Shown here: one piece after another, positions 18,119 to 28,907 of the stretch
Position numbering within the stretch: the first letter of the stretch is position 1
Layout of the letters: each line of letters starts with the position of its first letter
Assembly (NCBI GenBank): GCA_963798665.1
Contig: CAWCUN010000019.1
Span: 59,324 to 123,323, forward strand
Direction: 5' to 3'
Length of the DNA stretch: 64,000 nucleotides
From: an uncultured Chitinophagaceae bacterium
GTDB taxonomy: Bacteria; Bacteroidota; Bacteroidia; Chitinophagales; Chitinophagaceae
The notes under the pieces: model-generated
The model's input: the letters and a program-made list of their open reading frames with translations, nothing else
Database searches by the model: none
Told to the model about the DNA's origin: nothing
Made by a program: the position numbers and the translations under genes

Positions 18119-18775
18119 TTGAGTATGGATACAATTAAGGTTGCCATAGCCGATGATCACAAGATTTTCAGGAAAGGAGTAATTCTTTCTTTACGGCCAT
18201 ACCATAATATTAAATTTGTACTCGAGGCCGAAAACGGCGAAGAACTTATACAAGGCATAGAAGCGGCCCACCCCGATATCATTTTAATGGACCTTAAAAT
18301 GCCCGTGAAAGACGGCATTGAAACTACGAAATATCTCAATAAGCATTATCCGGCCATACGTGTGTTGGTACTTACAATGTATGAAGATGAAAGATTTGTC
18401 GGTCATTTAATGGATAGTGGCGCCAACGGCTATTTATTAAAAAGTACCGACCCCGAAGAAATAAAACAAGGGATTACTGATGTGATGCGAACTGGTTTTT
18501 ATCTCAATAATTTTGTGAACAGGGTGCTTATCAAAAAAAATTATGCCAAGCAAAAATTTAACCCAAACCTTAATAGCGAAGTAATAATAAGCGAGAGGGA
18601 AAAGGAAGTACTTTCATTGGTTTGTATGGAATACACTGCGCAGGAAATTGCACAAAAAATGGATATAAGTGCGAGAACCGTTGAAGCAATTAAAGACCGA
18701 CTGATGGAGCGTTTTGGGGTAAAAAATTCTGTGGGGCTTGTTTTCTTTGCAATGAAAAATTCTTTAATCGATTAA
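18119..18775 (+). CDS. NarL/LuxR-family response regulator (RR3), likely cognate to the upstream kinase
   Basis: IADDH, ILMDLKMPVKDG, YLLK, HTH ISEREKEVL...ISARTVEAIKDRL. Has its own TATCTTTG box at 18087-18094. Confidence 0.92.
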   Translation: MSMDTIKVAIADDHKIFRKGVILSLRPYHNIKFVLEAENGEELIQGIEAAHPDIILMDLKMPVKDGIETTKYLNKHYPAIRVLVLTMYEDERFVGHLMDSGANGYLLKSTDPEEIKQGITDVMRTGFYLNNFVNRVLIKKNYAKQKFNPNLNSEVIISEREKEVLSLVCMEYTAQEIAQKMDISARTVEAIKDRLMERFGVKNSVGLVFFAMKNSLID

Positions 18776-18804
18776 GCTTTACAAGGTTCCTTTAGAAATA
18801 ATAA

Positions 18805-19476
18805 TTAAGATACATTCTGATTCTGAAATTTCATTTCGGGTATTTCGCCTTTAACGATAAGCTTTCCGGCTGTCTTTGCCTTTATTTCTTCAACGGTAAC
18901 ACCGGGAGCCCTTTCAATTAATTCAAATCCGTTTTGAGTAACATCTAAAACAGCAAGTTCCGTAACTATTTTTTTTACGCACCCGATCCCTGTTAAAGGA
19001 AGTGTACATTGAGATAATAATTTCGATTGACCGTTATTGTTAGTGTGCATCATCGCAACAATAATATTTTTTGCGCTCGCCACCAGGTCCATTGCGCCTC
19101 CCATTCCTTTCACCATCTTACCCGGAATTTTCCAATTTGAAATATCCCCCCTTTCACTTACCTCCATCGCTCCAAGCACCGTTAGATCAACCTTGCCTGC
19201 CCGAATCATTCCAAAGCTCATAGCACTATCAAAAAATGCCGATCCGGGCAAGGTTGTTATTGTTTGCTTGCCCGCGTTTATTAAATCAGCATCCTCGTGG
19301 CCTTCAACCGGAAATGGCCCCATACCCAATAACCCGTTTTCTGATTGCAACACTACATTGATACCATCAGGAATATAGTTGGCTACCAGCGTAGGGATTC
19401 CAATACCAAGGTTCACATAGTAGCCATCTTTTAATTCCATTGCTATTCGTTGCGCAATCTGATTTTTGTTTAGCAT
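18805..19476 (-). CDS. scoB: 3-oxoacid CoA-transferase subunit B
   Basis: [20 protein letters not shown] (catalytic Glu), [10 protein letters not shown]. Confidence 0.93.
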   Translation of the reverse strand: MLNKNQIAQRIAMELKDGYYVNLGIGIPTLVANYIPDGINVVLQSENGLLGMGPFPVEGHEDADLINAGKQTITTLPGSAFFDSAMSFGMIRAGKVDLTVLGAMEVSERGDISNWKIPGKMVKGMGGAMDLVASAKNIIVAMMHTNNNGQSKLLSQCTLPLTGIGCVKKIVTELAVLDVTQNGFELIERAPGVTVEEIKAKTAGKLIVKGEIPEMKFQNQNVS

Positions 19477-19560
19477 ACCATTAATTTTGAAAATTGCGAA
19501 ATTTAGAAAATGTGTAGCAGATCATAATGTGCGTTATCCAATCGACTAATCACCAATTAA

Positions 19561-20262
19561 CTAATTAGCCAACTTTCTTACCGTCCTTTGTTCAATTCTT
19601 TTTTCATAATTTATACCTTGAAAAATACGATGAACATAAATGCCCGGGGTATGGATTTCATTTGGATCAAGTTTGCCCAGCTCTACAAGTTCTTCTACTT
19701 CCGCAATTGTTATTTTACCAGCCATCGCCATAAGCGGATTAAAATTCCTGGCTGTTTCCTTATAAATGAGGTTGCCCATTGAGTCTCCCTTCCATGCCTT
19801 TACTAATGCAAAATCAGGTTCAAAAGCATATTCCAGTAAATATTGTTTGCCATTAAATTCACGAAGCTCCTTTCCCTCAGCAACCTCTGTACCTACACCC
19901 GCAGGTGTATAAATAGCGGGCAATCCATATCCCGACGCCATGCATCTCGTTGCGAGCGTCCCCTGCGGAATTAGTTCAACTTCAAGTTCACCGCTCAATA
20001 ATTGTCTCTCAAATTCTGCGTTTTCTCCTACATAGGAAGCAATCATTTTCTTTACCTGCTTTTTTCGCAACAGTAGTCCAATTCCAAAATCATCAACGCC
20101 GGCGTTGTTTGAAATACACGTAAGCATATTAACGCCTTTTTTTTCCAGGGCTGTGATACAATTTTCCGGTATTCCACACAGTCCAAACCCTCCCAGCATT
20201 ATAGTACTGTTATTTGCTATGTCTGCTATAGCCTCCCCGGCATTGGTGTAAACCTTCTTCAT
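19561..20262 (-). CDS. scoA: 3-oxoacid CoA-transferase subunit A
   Basis: [39 protein letters not shown]. Confidence 0.93.
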   Translation of the reverse strand: MKKVYTNAGEAIADIANNSTIMLGGFGLCGIPENCITALEKKGVNMLTCISNNAGVDDFGIGLLLRKKQVKKMIASYVGENAEFERQLLSGELEVELIPQGTLATRCMASGYGLPAIYTPAGVGTEVAEGKELREFNGKQYLLEYAFEPDFALVKAWKGDSMGNLIYKETARNFNPLMAMAGKITIAEVEELVELGKLDPNEIHTPGIYVHRIFQGINYEKRIEQRTVRKLAN

Positions 20263-20266
20263 CTGC

Positions 20267-20650
20267 TTATTTTTTTATAGAATTTGGTTTAAATGGTTTA
20301 TATCCTTCCTTTCTTCTAAAATCTTCCTGTCTTTCATTTTGAGCGTTGATACTATCAAAAATGATTCTCATCATTTCAGGATGAGCTGTATACCATGAAT
20401 AGCTTTTGTCAAAATCTGAAGATGTTATATTATGTATGTCATAAACTTTTTGACTAAGCAATTTGGTTTCTGTAAGTTCATCGACCGTTGAATCCTTCCG
20501 GGCCACTTCAGCTGATAACTCCTGGGCTCTGATTACGTCCCAAAGAATACCTTGCATTTTTTTTGGTTGGATAATCCCTTCCGGAATATCATTTTTATTG
20601 GAACATGAAATCAAGCTAAAACACGCTATTAAAAAAAAAACCGTCTTCAT
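20267..20650 (-). CDS. DUF4296-type lipoprotein
   Basis: Lipobox LISC; [13 protein letters not shown]...[12 protein letters not shown] pattern; usual position after DUF4835. Confidence 0.7.
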   Translation of the reverse strand: MKTVFFLIACFSLISCSNKNDIPEGIIQPKKMQGILWDVIRAQELSAEVARKDSTVDELTETKLLSQKVYDIHNITSSDFDKSYSWYTAHPEMMRIIFDSINAQNERQEDFRRKEGYKPFKPNSIKK

Positions 20651-21567
20651 TACTTAAGTTCTTCTTTATATTTAGAAGCAGATGAAACATCAAGGCGCTG
20701 CAAAAATTCGAGAGCTCTTGATTTGTCAGGAGGCGATGCTTTTGAAAATATTTTTATTAATTCCTGAGTTTTGCCCTGGAAAAAAAATTGCAGAATCATG
20801 GTATTAGGGTTCTCGGTATTGAAGTTATTCAACAAGTTAAGCACATTCAATATCTGAGCTCTTGCATTTGCTTCTTCATCGTAGAGTTTATCCATACCAA
20901 GCCTGTAATAACGGTATATTGCGTCGTGGATAATTGTGTACCTGCTATTTAATAAGTTTTCTGCTAGCCAATAGCGATTCCGCGTGCCGTCAAAGGCCTT
21001 CCAACCTGAAACATTTTTTGCTTCAGGAGCATTGTTTATTATATTTTGTGCTTTTTGAAAATAAGGATCACCACCACGAGGCGAGAATGAATCGTAATCC
21101 ATACCAAGAATAATATTTATATAGTAAGCAAATATTGCTGTGAGATTTGAACTCAATGCATCCGTTCCGGAAACCCGGTTTTCATTAAATTCCAATTGTT
21201 GAAATTCCGCATACTTAAATGTCACATCATTATCCTGGAAATTAATTATCGGGGAAAGATAGGAAGAATTGAAGATAGGCCTCGCAGACTGAATAGTCAA
21301 AGAACCCTTGTATACGTTGGATTCATCAGTTGATTCCAAATTCAACAAAAAACCACATTCAATTTTTTCCTGCTGACTAAAATTGTCATTGCTCCATTTG
21401 CGGTTGTTCACAAAATTATTCAGGGCAGTTTGCAGTGTTTGAAATGTTTTTTTGTCAACGCTGTTGGCTACCCTATTGCTTAGAACACTTACTCTCGCTT
21501 TGAGTTCCTGGGCCTGGCATATGGAAACAGAAAAAAATAAAAATAAAAAAATAATAACTCTATGCAT
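20650..21567 (-). CDS. porD: DUF4835 family protein (T9SS component PorD-like)
   Basis: AQELKARVSV, FVNNRKWS, YYINIILGMDYDSFS, RYWL; known coaBC-porD synteny in Bacteroidota. Confidence 0.75.
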   Translation of the reverse strand: MHRVIIFLFLFFSVSICQAQELKARVSVLSNRVANSVDKKTFQTLQTALNNFVNNRKWSNDNFSQQEKIECGFLLNLESTDESNVYKGSLTIQSARPIFNSSYLSPIINFQDNDVTFKYAEFQQLEFNENRVSGTDALSSNLTAIFAYYINIILGMDYDSFSPRGGDPYFQKAQNIINNAPEAKNVSGWKAFDGTRNRYWLAENLLNSRYTIIHDAIYRYYRLGMDKLYDEEANARAQILNVLNLLNNFNTENPNTMILQFFFQGKTQELIKIFSKASPPDKSRALEFLQRLDVSSASKYKEELK

Positions 21568-22765
21568 TTCTATAATTAATAATTGCGTTTACAAGATCCT
21601 TTGCAACTTCCTTTTTTGATTTTTTTTCAAAATTATATTCATTACCTTTTTTATCGAAAATAGTAATCTTATTCGTATCGTGTCCGAAACCTGCTCCTTC
21701 GTCATTCAAAGAATTAAGAACAATCATATCAGCATTTTTTACCGATAATTTTTTAATAGCATTTTTCCTTTCGTCATTTGTTTCTAAAGCAAATCCAACT
21801 AACGTCTGACGTTCAGTTTTCAATCCACCTGCGCTCGCAAGAATATCTTTTGACTTTACCAGTTTTATTGAAAGTTCATCATCACTCTTTTTAATTTTTT
21901 CTTTGACGGTTGTCTCGGGAGTATAGTCTGCAACGGCGGCAGCCATTACAATAACATCACTATCTTCTAAATTTGCAACACATGCTTCATACATATCATT
22001 CGCGGATTGCACCCTTGTCACTTCTATACCGTCCGCAACAGCTATTTCTGAAGGGCCCAGAATAAGTCTCACCCTGGCACCCCTTTTAAAAAATTCCTCT
22101 GCTATTGAAATGCCCATTGTACCTGTAGAAAAGTTACTGATGAATCTGACGGGGTCAATTTTCTCATAAGTGGGGCCGGCGGTAATAAGCGTACTTAATC
22201 CTTTGAAATCATTTTGTTTTAAAAAAAAATCTTTAAGTGAATTAAAAATCTCTTCTGGCTCTGCCATTCTTCCTTTACCCTCCAATCCACTTGCAAGTTC
22301 GCCTTCATTTACATCCAGTAGCTTATTTCCAAACCTTCTTAAAGTTTCAATATTTTTTTGAGTAGCAGGATGATGCCACATATCTTCATCCATAGCGGGT
22401 GCAATTATAACGGGACAAATTGCAGAAAGCCAAACGGCCTGCAATAAATTATCACAAATACCGTGGGCCATCTTAGCCAGGGTATTACAAGAGGCCGGAG
22501 CAATTAACATAACATCTGCCCATCGTCCGAGCATAACATGGTTTGCCCATGTTTCTTCGTCAAAAAGATCAACAAGAACTTTGTTTTTTGATAGTGTAGA
22601 AAATGTTAGCGGAGACACAAAGTCAACAGCCGCTTTAGTCATTATGACTTTTACTTCAGCTCCATTTTTTACAAGTATCCGTAACAGATCCACCGCTTTA
22701 TAAGCGGCAATGCTACCGGTCACGCAAAGCAAAATTTTTTTACCATCAAAAACTTGCAAATTCAT
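21560..22765 (-). CDS. coaBC: Bifunctional phosphopantothenoylcysteine decarboxylase/phosphopantothenate--cysteine ligase
   Basis: TGSIAAYKA, APASCNTLAK, PAMDEDMW, ITAGPTYEKIDPVRFISNFSTGTMG, AAVADY, VGFALET. Confidence 0.96.
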   Translation of the reverse strand: MNLQVFDGKKILLCVTGSIAAYKAVDLLRILVKNGAEVKVIMTKAAVDFVSPLTFSTLSKNKVLVDLFDEETWANHVMLGRWADVMLIAPASCNTLAKMAHGICDNLLQAVWLSAICPVIIAPAMDEDMWHHPATQKNIETLRRFGNKLLDVNEGELASGLEGKGRMAEPEEIFNSLKDFFLKQNDFKGLSTLITAGPTYEKIDPVRFISNFSTGTMGISIAEEFFKRGARVRLILGPSEIAVADGIEVTRVQSANDMYEACVANLEDSDVIVMAAAVADYTPETTVKEKIKKSDDELSIKLVKSKDILASAGGLKTERQTLVGFALETNDERKNAIKKLSVKNADMIVLNSLNDEGAGFGHDTNKITIFDKKGNEYNFEKKSKKEVAKDLVNAIINYRNA

Positions 22766-22836
22766 AATGTGAATTTTATGAAAATTGATCTGAATTGCTT
22801 ATCTCTTATAAAAACAAAACCAGTAAAAAGTAACTT

Positions 22837-22864
22837 AAAAAAAATAGCGGTATAAAACCGCCAT
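22837..22864 (-). terminator. Intrinsic terminator after rpoZ
   Basis: Minus strand ATGGCGGT-TTTAT-ACCGCTAT followed by a T-run. Confidence 0.6.
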
Positions 22865-22934
22865 TAAAATTATAGTTTCTTATGCAAAGATTACCACAAA
22901 ATCGAACTATTAAAATTATATTAAACTGTAAAGC

Positions 22935-23276
22935 CTAATCGAAAAGATTATCCTCATTTCTGCGATAGTAAATCTTATCTTCCATAAATTCGGCTGTTGC
23001 TAAAAGGGCGGGGTTTGGCATTCTTTCGTATGCTTTGGAAATTTCTATCTGCTCTTTATTTTCATGGATTTCTTCCAGGCTATCAGTATGGCTTGCAAAT
23101 TCCTCTAACTTATTATGAAGTTCTTCCTTAATGGAAATATTAATCTGGTTGGCTCTCTTTGCTATTACCGCGATGGATTCATATAAATTTCCTGTCTTTC
23201 CTTTTATATCGGTAAGATTTTTGGTTTCAACCACGTTGCTGGTATTAGCGCTCTGCTGGCGTCTTAACTTGCTCAT
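22935..23276 (-). CDS. rpoZ: RNA polymerase omega subunit (Bacteroidota type)
   Basis: TGNLYESIAVIAKRANQIN...EIHENKEQIEISKAYERMPNP; bamD-rpoZ synteny. Overlaps the bamD 3' end by 32 nt. Confidence 0.88.
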   Translation of the reverse strand: MSKLRRQQSANTSNVVETKNLTDIKGKTGNLYESIAVIAKRANQINISIKEELHNKLEEFASHTDSLEEIHENKEQIEISKAYERMPNPALLATAEFMEDKIYYRRNEDNLFD

Positions 23277-24069
23277 TTTGTATTTGTTTAATATTGTTTA
23301 GGCTTAGGTTTTTATAATCTTCTGCTTCTTTCAACAATTTGCTTTCAGGATATCTATCGGCAAAATCAAAATATTCTTCTGACACCTTCTGATAACGTTC
23401 TTCCTGTTTATCGTATATACTTAACTTAGCAAACTGGTAATACGATTTAATCGCCATTAACATATACTCTTCACCTTTGTTTGATTCCGGATAGCTGTTT
23501 AGCAAGTTGGTGAAAGAAATACCTGCCGCACGGTATTGAGAAATATTATAATACAATTGGGCAGTTTTATAATCTTTCAATTCCAGTTTAGCTCTTCCTT
23601 TCGCAATTATATCGTTGGCATCTTTAACCCTTGGCGAATTAGGGTAAGTATTAATAAAAGATTGCATCATACCAATTGCCTTAGTAGTGTTTATCTGCTC
23701 AAGTTCCACGTTTGGAGATTGTAAATAAAAAGTATACGCATGCATATAAGCAATCTCCTCCGCCCTGGAACTATTTGGGAACACTTCTAAAAACCCTTTG
23801 AAAAGATTTTCTGCATCAGAATAATTCTTTTGATAAAAAGAACAATACGCATACTTATAATATAGCTCTTCAAATTTATCAGTTCCCTTGAAAACAGAAA
23901 ACAATTCTACATATAATTCCCCGGCATTTTTGTATTTTTTAGCGGCAAAATACTCATCAGCTTTCTTTAGCTTATAATCGAAATCTTTGCTTTTGAGCAC
24001 TTTGCTGAACTTGGAATTACACGAGGCCAGGATAAAAAGCGGCATCATTAAAACGATTACAAACTTCAT
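23245..24069 (-). CDS. bamD: Outer-membrane protein assembly factor BamD (TPR lipoprotein)
   Basis: Lipobox LASC, TPR helices, FINTYPNS, LELKDYKTAQLYY. Confidence 0.9.
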   Translation of the reverse strand: MKFVIVLMMPLFILASCNSKFSKVLKSKDFDYKLKKADEYFAAKKYKNAGELYVELFSVFKGTDKFEELYYKYAYCSFYQKNYSDAENLFKGFLEVFPNSSRAEEIAYMHAYTFYLQSPNVELEQINTTKAIGMMQSFINTYPNSPRVKDANDIIAKGRAKLELKDYKTAQLYYNISQYRAAGISFTNLLNSYPESNKGEEYMLMAIKSYYQFAKLSIYDKQEERYQKVSEEYFDFADRYPESKLLKEAEDYKNLSLNNIKQIQNEQVKTPAER

Positions 24070-24158
24070 AAAGAGTGGCGAAATTACGGGATTTTGGGCA
24101 AAAATGATTTTAAAAAAAACTCATACAAAATCGAAGCAGTTAATGTTTTGATAATTAC

Positions 24159-24189
24159 AAAAAACCCTCCCCAAAAAAGGAAGGGTTTT
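24159..24189 (-). terminator. Intrinsic terminator after the OmpA gene
   Basis: AAAACCCTCC/GGAAGGGTTTT inverted repeat with an A-run on the plus strand. Confidence 0.55.
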
Positions 24190-24212
24190 ATCATTGAGCA
24201 AAAAGTGGACTT

Positions 24213-25781
24213 TTAATTAGATTTAATATCAACAGTATTAGCATCACCTCCACCTACTTCACAATTAACCTCAATACGATCTGCACTGATTCCTTCTTTT
24301 TCTGTTAAGTATGCTTTTATGGCGTCTACTCTCTTATTGCAAAGAGCCTGAGACGCTTTGGAAGCTGCAGGATAACCTGTAACAGTTATTGAGCATTCAG
24401 CATTATTTTTCAATTTTGACGCTACAGTTGCCAACATCGCCTTGGCATCACTGCTTATACTGGCGCTTTTTCCTCTAAAAGAAACGCTTGGTAAATCACC
24501 GATTTGACAAGCCGCAGGCGGAGGTACCAAATTTTTACAACATTCCGGATCAGGACATTTACCTACACCGTCAGCATCAACAGGTTGACACTCTGTTGGA
24601 GTGATTAGTTGTTTGTCTTTACAATCTGGCACACCGTCACCGTCTGTATCTTTTGAAACGCCATGTGTATCAACAGGGCAGCCGGCAGGAGTATTTGGTT
24701 CTCTGTCAAGCTGATCAACAACGCCATCGCCATCAGCATCATCAAATACGGGTTTAGGTATTTTCATGTGCTTAGGGTTATTGATTTCACTGTAAGCATA
24801 ATCAAGTGGATTGATCCACCACAAAGGCTCAACAGATCTTTTACCCAGGTTAAAGTTCAAGCCTAATGAGGCATAGTTATAAGTATCAAAATCTCCGGTT
24901 AATACTCCAATATTACCGGTCCCATCCTGCTATTGCTGCCCATCCAAAAGGTCATCTTTAGTTACAGTAAACCTGTCTTCGAGAGCCAGATTAACCCTTT
25001 TGCCTAATTTAAAAGCTATACCTGCAAGGAAGGTTCCCGTTGGCCTAAGTGTTTGCCCAAATAAAGTTGGATGACTTTTTTTATGATTTTGAGCATCTGT
25101 TTCATAAGTGTCGTCCATGCCTGATTTTAATTTGTCACGAATATCTTTTCTATCACTATAAACGCCGCCAGCAAGGCCATTAAATAAAGCAGTGTATGGC
25201 TGATTATTATCATTAAGGGCATTTACTTTAGTATCATAAATTGTAGCTCCGATTCCAACGCCACCATAAATTACCATGCCGGTTTTTTGCTTGTGAAAGC
25301 GGATATTATTTAATGTAAATATGCCTTGTAATGACAGGTCCTGGACGTGTGAACGATAATTGTAAAAAACTACATCGTTTCCACCATATCCGTTATGAGA
25401 CCACGCCGGATTATTTTTATATCCATCAGAACCTTTCCAGTTTTGTCCTTTAGCAATACCATAAACATACTGCAGTCTTAAAGAAAAAAGATAACCTAAA
25501 GCTTTACGAATATGAGCAGAAAATCCAATAGTTGGTATTTTTGCGGCAACGTCGCCGCTTATTGAAAACATCCCACCAGAGATACCAAATTCAAATTCAC
25601 TTCGTGGCTTTGCAGGGAAGTCATAAGTATTATTCATAAACTCATTTTGTTGAGCCAATCCTTTAGAAGGAACAACACTTGAGTCGTAAATATTATAAAC
25701 TCCGGTGTCCTGGGCAAAAACGCCGGAGGACATGAGGGATAGTATCCCTATTAAAAATAATTTGTACTTTTTGCTTGCCAT
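24213..25781 (-). pseudogene. OmpA-family outer-membrane protein (beta-barrel + TSP3-like repeats + OmpA C-domain) interrupted by one in-frame TAG at 24930-24932
   Basis: The two track ORFs (25781-24930 and 24860-24213) are in the same frame, with 23 sense codons between them: LLDGQQ*QDGTGNIGVLTGDFDTYNYASLGLNFNLGKRSVEPLWW. Could be a real nonsense mutation or a base-call error. Confidence 0.8.
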
Positions 25782-26078
25782 AACTTTTTGATTAATAATT
25801 TTCTAAATAAACTTGTTGATTGTGTGCAAAAATATCAAACGAATGTCAAAATGCAAATTTTTTTTAGCAATTATTTAGATTTTGAATGATTTATACATCC
25901 CTACAATTCAGTAAATTAATGACTCTTAGACACACAATTAGGCTGCTTAATACAACAACTTTTACTTTTCAATGATTTATCCTTTTCTGAATGTCGCCAG
26001 GTACGAAGGATATTCCTATAGATTTACAATTATTCAGTACTTATTTGATTCTGTGTTATATTGCCTTTTTATAGCAAA

Positions 26079-27041
26079 ATGCAGTTTTCAAAAAATCTTA
26101 TATCGGAGGAATTACATGTTTTCGAAGAAAAGTTTGCCGAATCAGTAAAGAGTCATACTCCACTGCTTGACAGAATAATGAAGTATATCATCAAAAGAAA
26201 GGGAAAGCAACTGAGGCCGATGTTTGTTTTTTTAAGTGCTAAGCTTCATGGCGAAGTAAATGAATCTACATATAGAGCAGCAGCGTTAGTCGAATTATTA
26301 CATACAGCAACTCTTGTTCATGATGATGTCGTTGATGAATCACTCGAAAGAAGAGGTTTTCTTTCGATAAATGCTTTATGGAAAAATAAGATTGCAGTTC
26401 TGGTCGGAGATTATTTACTTTCAAAGGGATTGCTTTTATCGACCGGCGCCGGCGATTTCAGGCATCTTGATATTTTATCGAATGCGGTAAAAGAGATGAG
26501 TGAGGGCGAATTACTCCAAATTGAAAAAGCACGTAAACTAAATCTTAAGGAAGATATTTATTTCGAAATAATTCGTAGCAAAACAGCTTCTCTTCTTTCG
26601 TCAGCTTGTGCTGTGGGTGCCTGGAGCACGAGTAACAACGACACTATAACCGATACGATGAGGAGATTTGGAGAGAAGACAGGTATCGCTTTCCAAATAA
26701 AAGATGATCTTTTTGACTACGGAAATGAAGATATAGGCAAACCTACCGGCAATGATCTTAAAGAAAAAAAATTGACGCTTCCCCTAATATATACACTCAA
26801 TAATATAAATAATAGTGATAGAAGAAAAATAATTTATATCATCAAAAATCAAAACAAAGACCCGGAAAAAATTAAATATGTCTTGCAAAAAGTAATTGAA
26901 ACAGGTGGGATTAAATATGCTTCCAGAAAAATGGAACAATATCGTGACGATGCATTGTCAATATTATTTGAATTTCCTGAAAGTGATATAAGAAAGGGCC
27001 TGGAAGAATTAGTGTTATTTACAACAGATAGAAAGTATTAA
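26079..27041 (+). CDS. Polyprenyl diphosphate synthase (IspB/HepT family)
   Basis: GKQLRP, ELLHTATLVHDDVVDES..RRG (FARM), FQIKDDLFD (SARM), GKPTGNDLKE. ATG at 26079 preferred. Confidence 0.93.
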   Translation: MQFSKNLISEELHVFEEKFAESVKSHTPLLDRIMKYIIKRKGKQLRPMFVFLSAKLHGEVNESTYRAAALVELLHTATLVHDDVVDESLERRGFLSINALWKNKIAVLVGDYLLSKGLLLSTGAGDFRHLDILSNAVKEMSEGELLQIEKARKLNLKEDIYFEIIRSKTASLLSSACAVGAWSTSNNDTITDTMRRFGEKTGIAFQIKDDLFDYGNEDIGKPTGNDLKEKKLTLPLIYTLNNINNSDRRKIIYIIKNQNKDPEKIKYVLQKVIETGGIKYASRKMEQYRDDALSILFEFPESDIRKGLEELVLFTTDRKY

Positions 27042-27173
27042 TGTGCTAAGTAGCTGATGCCCCAATTACTGGAATTTTAAACTAATTAAAAGCATGACCG
27101 CATAGAAGTATATAGAAGCATAATACAATTACGAAATTCATCAATGAACTAATGGCATTGGCAAACTAAATTC

Positions 27174-28893
27174 ATGGAAAAAAGATGGAAAATATTATCC
27201 GCCGAAGAAAGCAAAGTTGTTGCTTTACAGCAAGTATTGACTATAAGTTTTCCTCTTTGCAAAATTCTTGTCCAGAGAGACTATTGATACTTTTGAAAAA
27301 GCTAAAAATTATTTCAGGCCACAGCTATCTCACCTTCATGATCCCTTCCTGATGAAGGATATGGAGAAAGCAGTTTCGCGAATTTTGCAAGCGATACATA
27401 GCAATGAGAAAATTCTTGTATTTGGCGATTATGATGTAGATGGAACTACTTCGGTGGCTTGCATGTATAGGTTTCTTAAAAAAATTTATAAAGAAGATAA
27501 TATTGCTTTTTACGTTCCTCACAGGTACAGGGAGGGCTATGGAGTAAGTAAGATGGGAATTGATTTTGCCAAACAAAACGATTTTACACTTATCATATCA
27601 CTCGATTGCGGAATAAAGTCTGTTGAGCTTATCACTTATGCAAGACTGTTAGAGCTTGATTTCATTGTTTGTGATCATCATCTCCCCGATGATAAACTGC
27701 CACCCGCAATTGCGATCTTGAATCCAAAACAAAAAGATTGTAACTACCCCTATAAAGAACTATGCGGATGCGGAGTCGGATTTAAATTGATAACAGCTCT
27801 TATCCATACGATTAGGCATACCTGAAGAAGAATATACGTCTTATCTTGACCTTGTTGTAACGGCTATCGGTGCTGATATTGTTCCAATAACAGGTGAAAA
27901 CCGGGTACTTGCCTATTTTGGATTGCAAAAGCTCAACATCAATCCGTCAGCTGGAATAAAAGCCCTGATTCAATTGAGCGGAGTTGCAAAAAAAATTTTC
28001 AATCAACAACGTGGTTTTTATCATTGCTCCCCGCGTAAATGCAGCGGGCCGTATGGATGATGCAACAAAAGCTGTAATGATGTTTATTGAAGACGATTTT
28101 AAAAAAGCAATGGAATATGCTGAAATGTTACACAGCGATAACACTGACCGCAAGGAGGCAGATACAAATATCACAGAGGAAGCATTGGCTATAATTGAAG
28201 GTGACGCCGGGATGATGACCAGGAAGAGTACTGTTGTTTTTAAATCACATTGGCACAAAGGTGTTGTAGGAATTGTAGCAAGCAGGCTAATTGAAAAATA
28301 TTACCGGCCCACTGTTGTGCTTACACAGAGTGGCGAATTTGTGGGGGGAAGTGCCAGAAGCGTACCCGGCTTTAATCTATATGAAGCCATTCATGCTTGC
28401 CGTGAATATTTAATTGGCTACGGGGGACACTTTGCTGCCGCAGGGATGACTATGCTGACGAAAAATGTAGATGGCGTTCAGCAATAAGTTTGAAGAAGTC
28501 GTTTCTTCGATAATAGAACCGCAATTACTTATTCCTGAAATTCAGATTGACGCAGAAATAGATTTTAAAAATATAACGAAAAGCTTTTATAATATTCTCA
28601 AACAAATGGAACCTTATGGCCCTGAAAATCTCCGGCCTGTGTTTATTACGAAAAATGTATGGGATACTTCATGGTCAAAAATTGTAAAGGAATTACATAT
28701 ACGGTTTATTCTTAAGCAAGACAATGTTATATTAACCGGGATAGGATTTAATATGGCCGAAAAATTTCACTTATTGCAAATGAAAAAGCCAATTGATATC
28801 GTTTATACGATTGATGAAAATGAATGGAATGGCATATCAACCCTCCAATTAAAGGTTATAGATTTCCGGCTTTCAGAAAATAATCTCAATTAA
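27174..28893 (+). pseudogene. recJ: Single-stranded-DNA-specific exonuclease RecJ, broken by four apparent +1 insertions (likely sequencing errors)
   Basis: MEKRWKIL start at 27174; GDYDVDG, DCGI, DHH, ADIVPITGENR, APRVNAAGR, WHKGVVGIVASR, GGHFAAAG, EPYGPEN. Frame changes near 27280, 27800, 27985 and 28473. Confidence 0.9.
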
Positions 28894-28907
28894 TTCTCAT
28901 CTTTATA

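Noticed and set aside
24930-24932. Genome-wide TAG reassignment or pyrrolysine as the explanation for the OmpA stop
   Set aside because: TAG ends thrS, rpoZ and the TMEM175 gene at their expected C-termini, and no pyl genes or suppressor tRNA are in the window.
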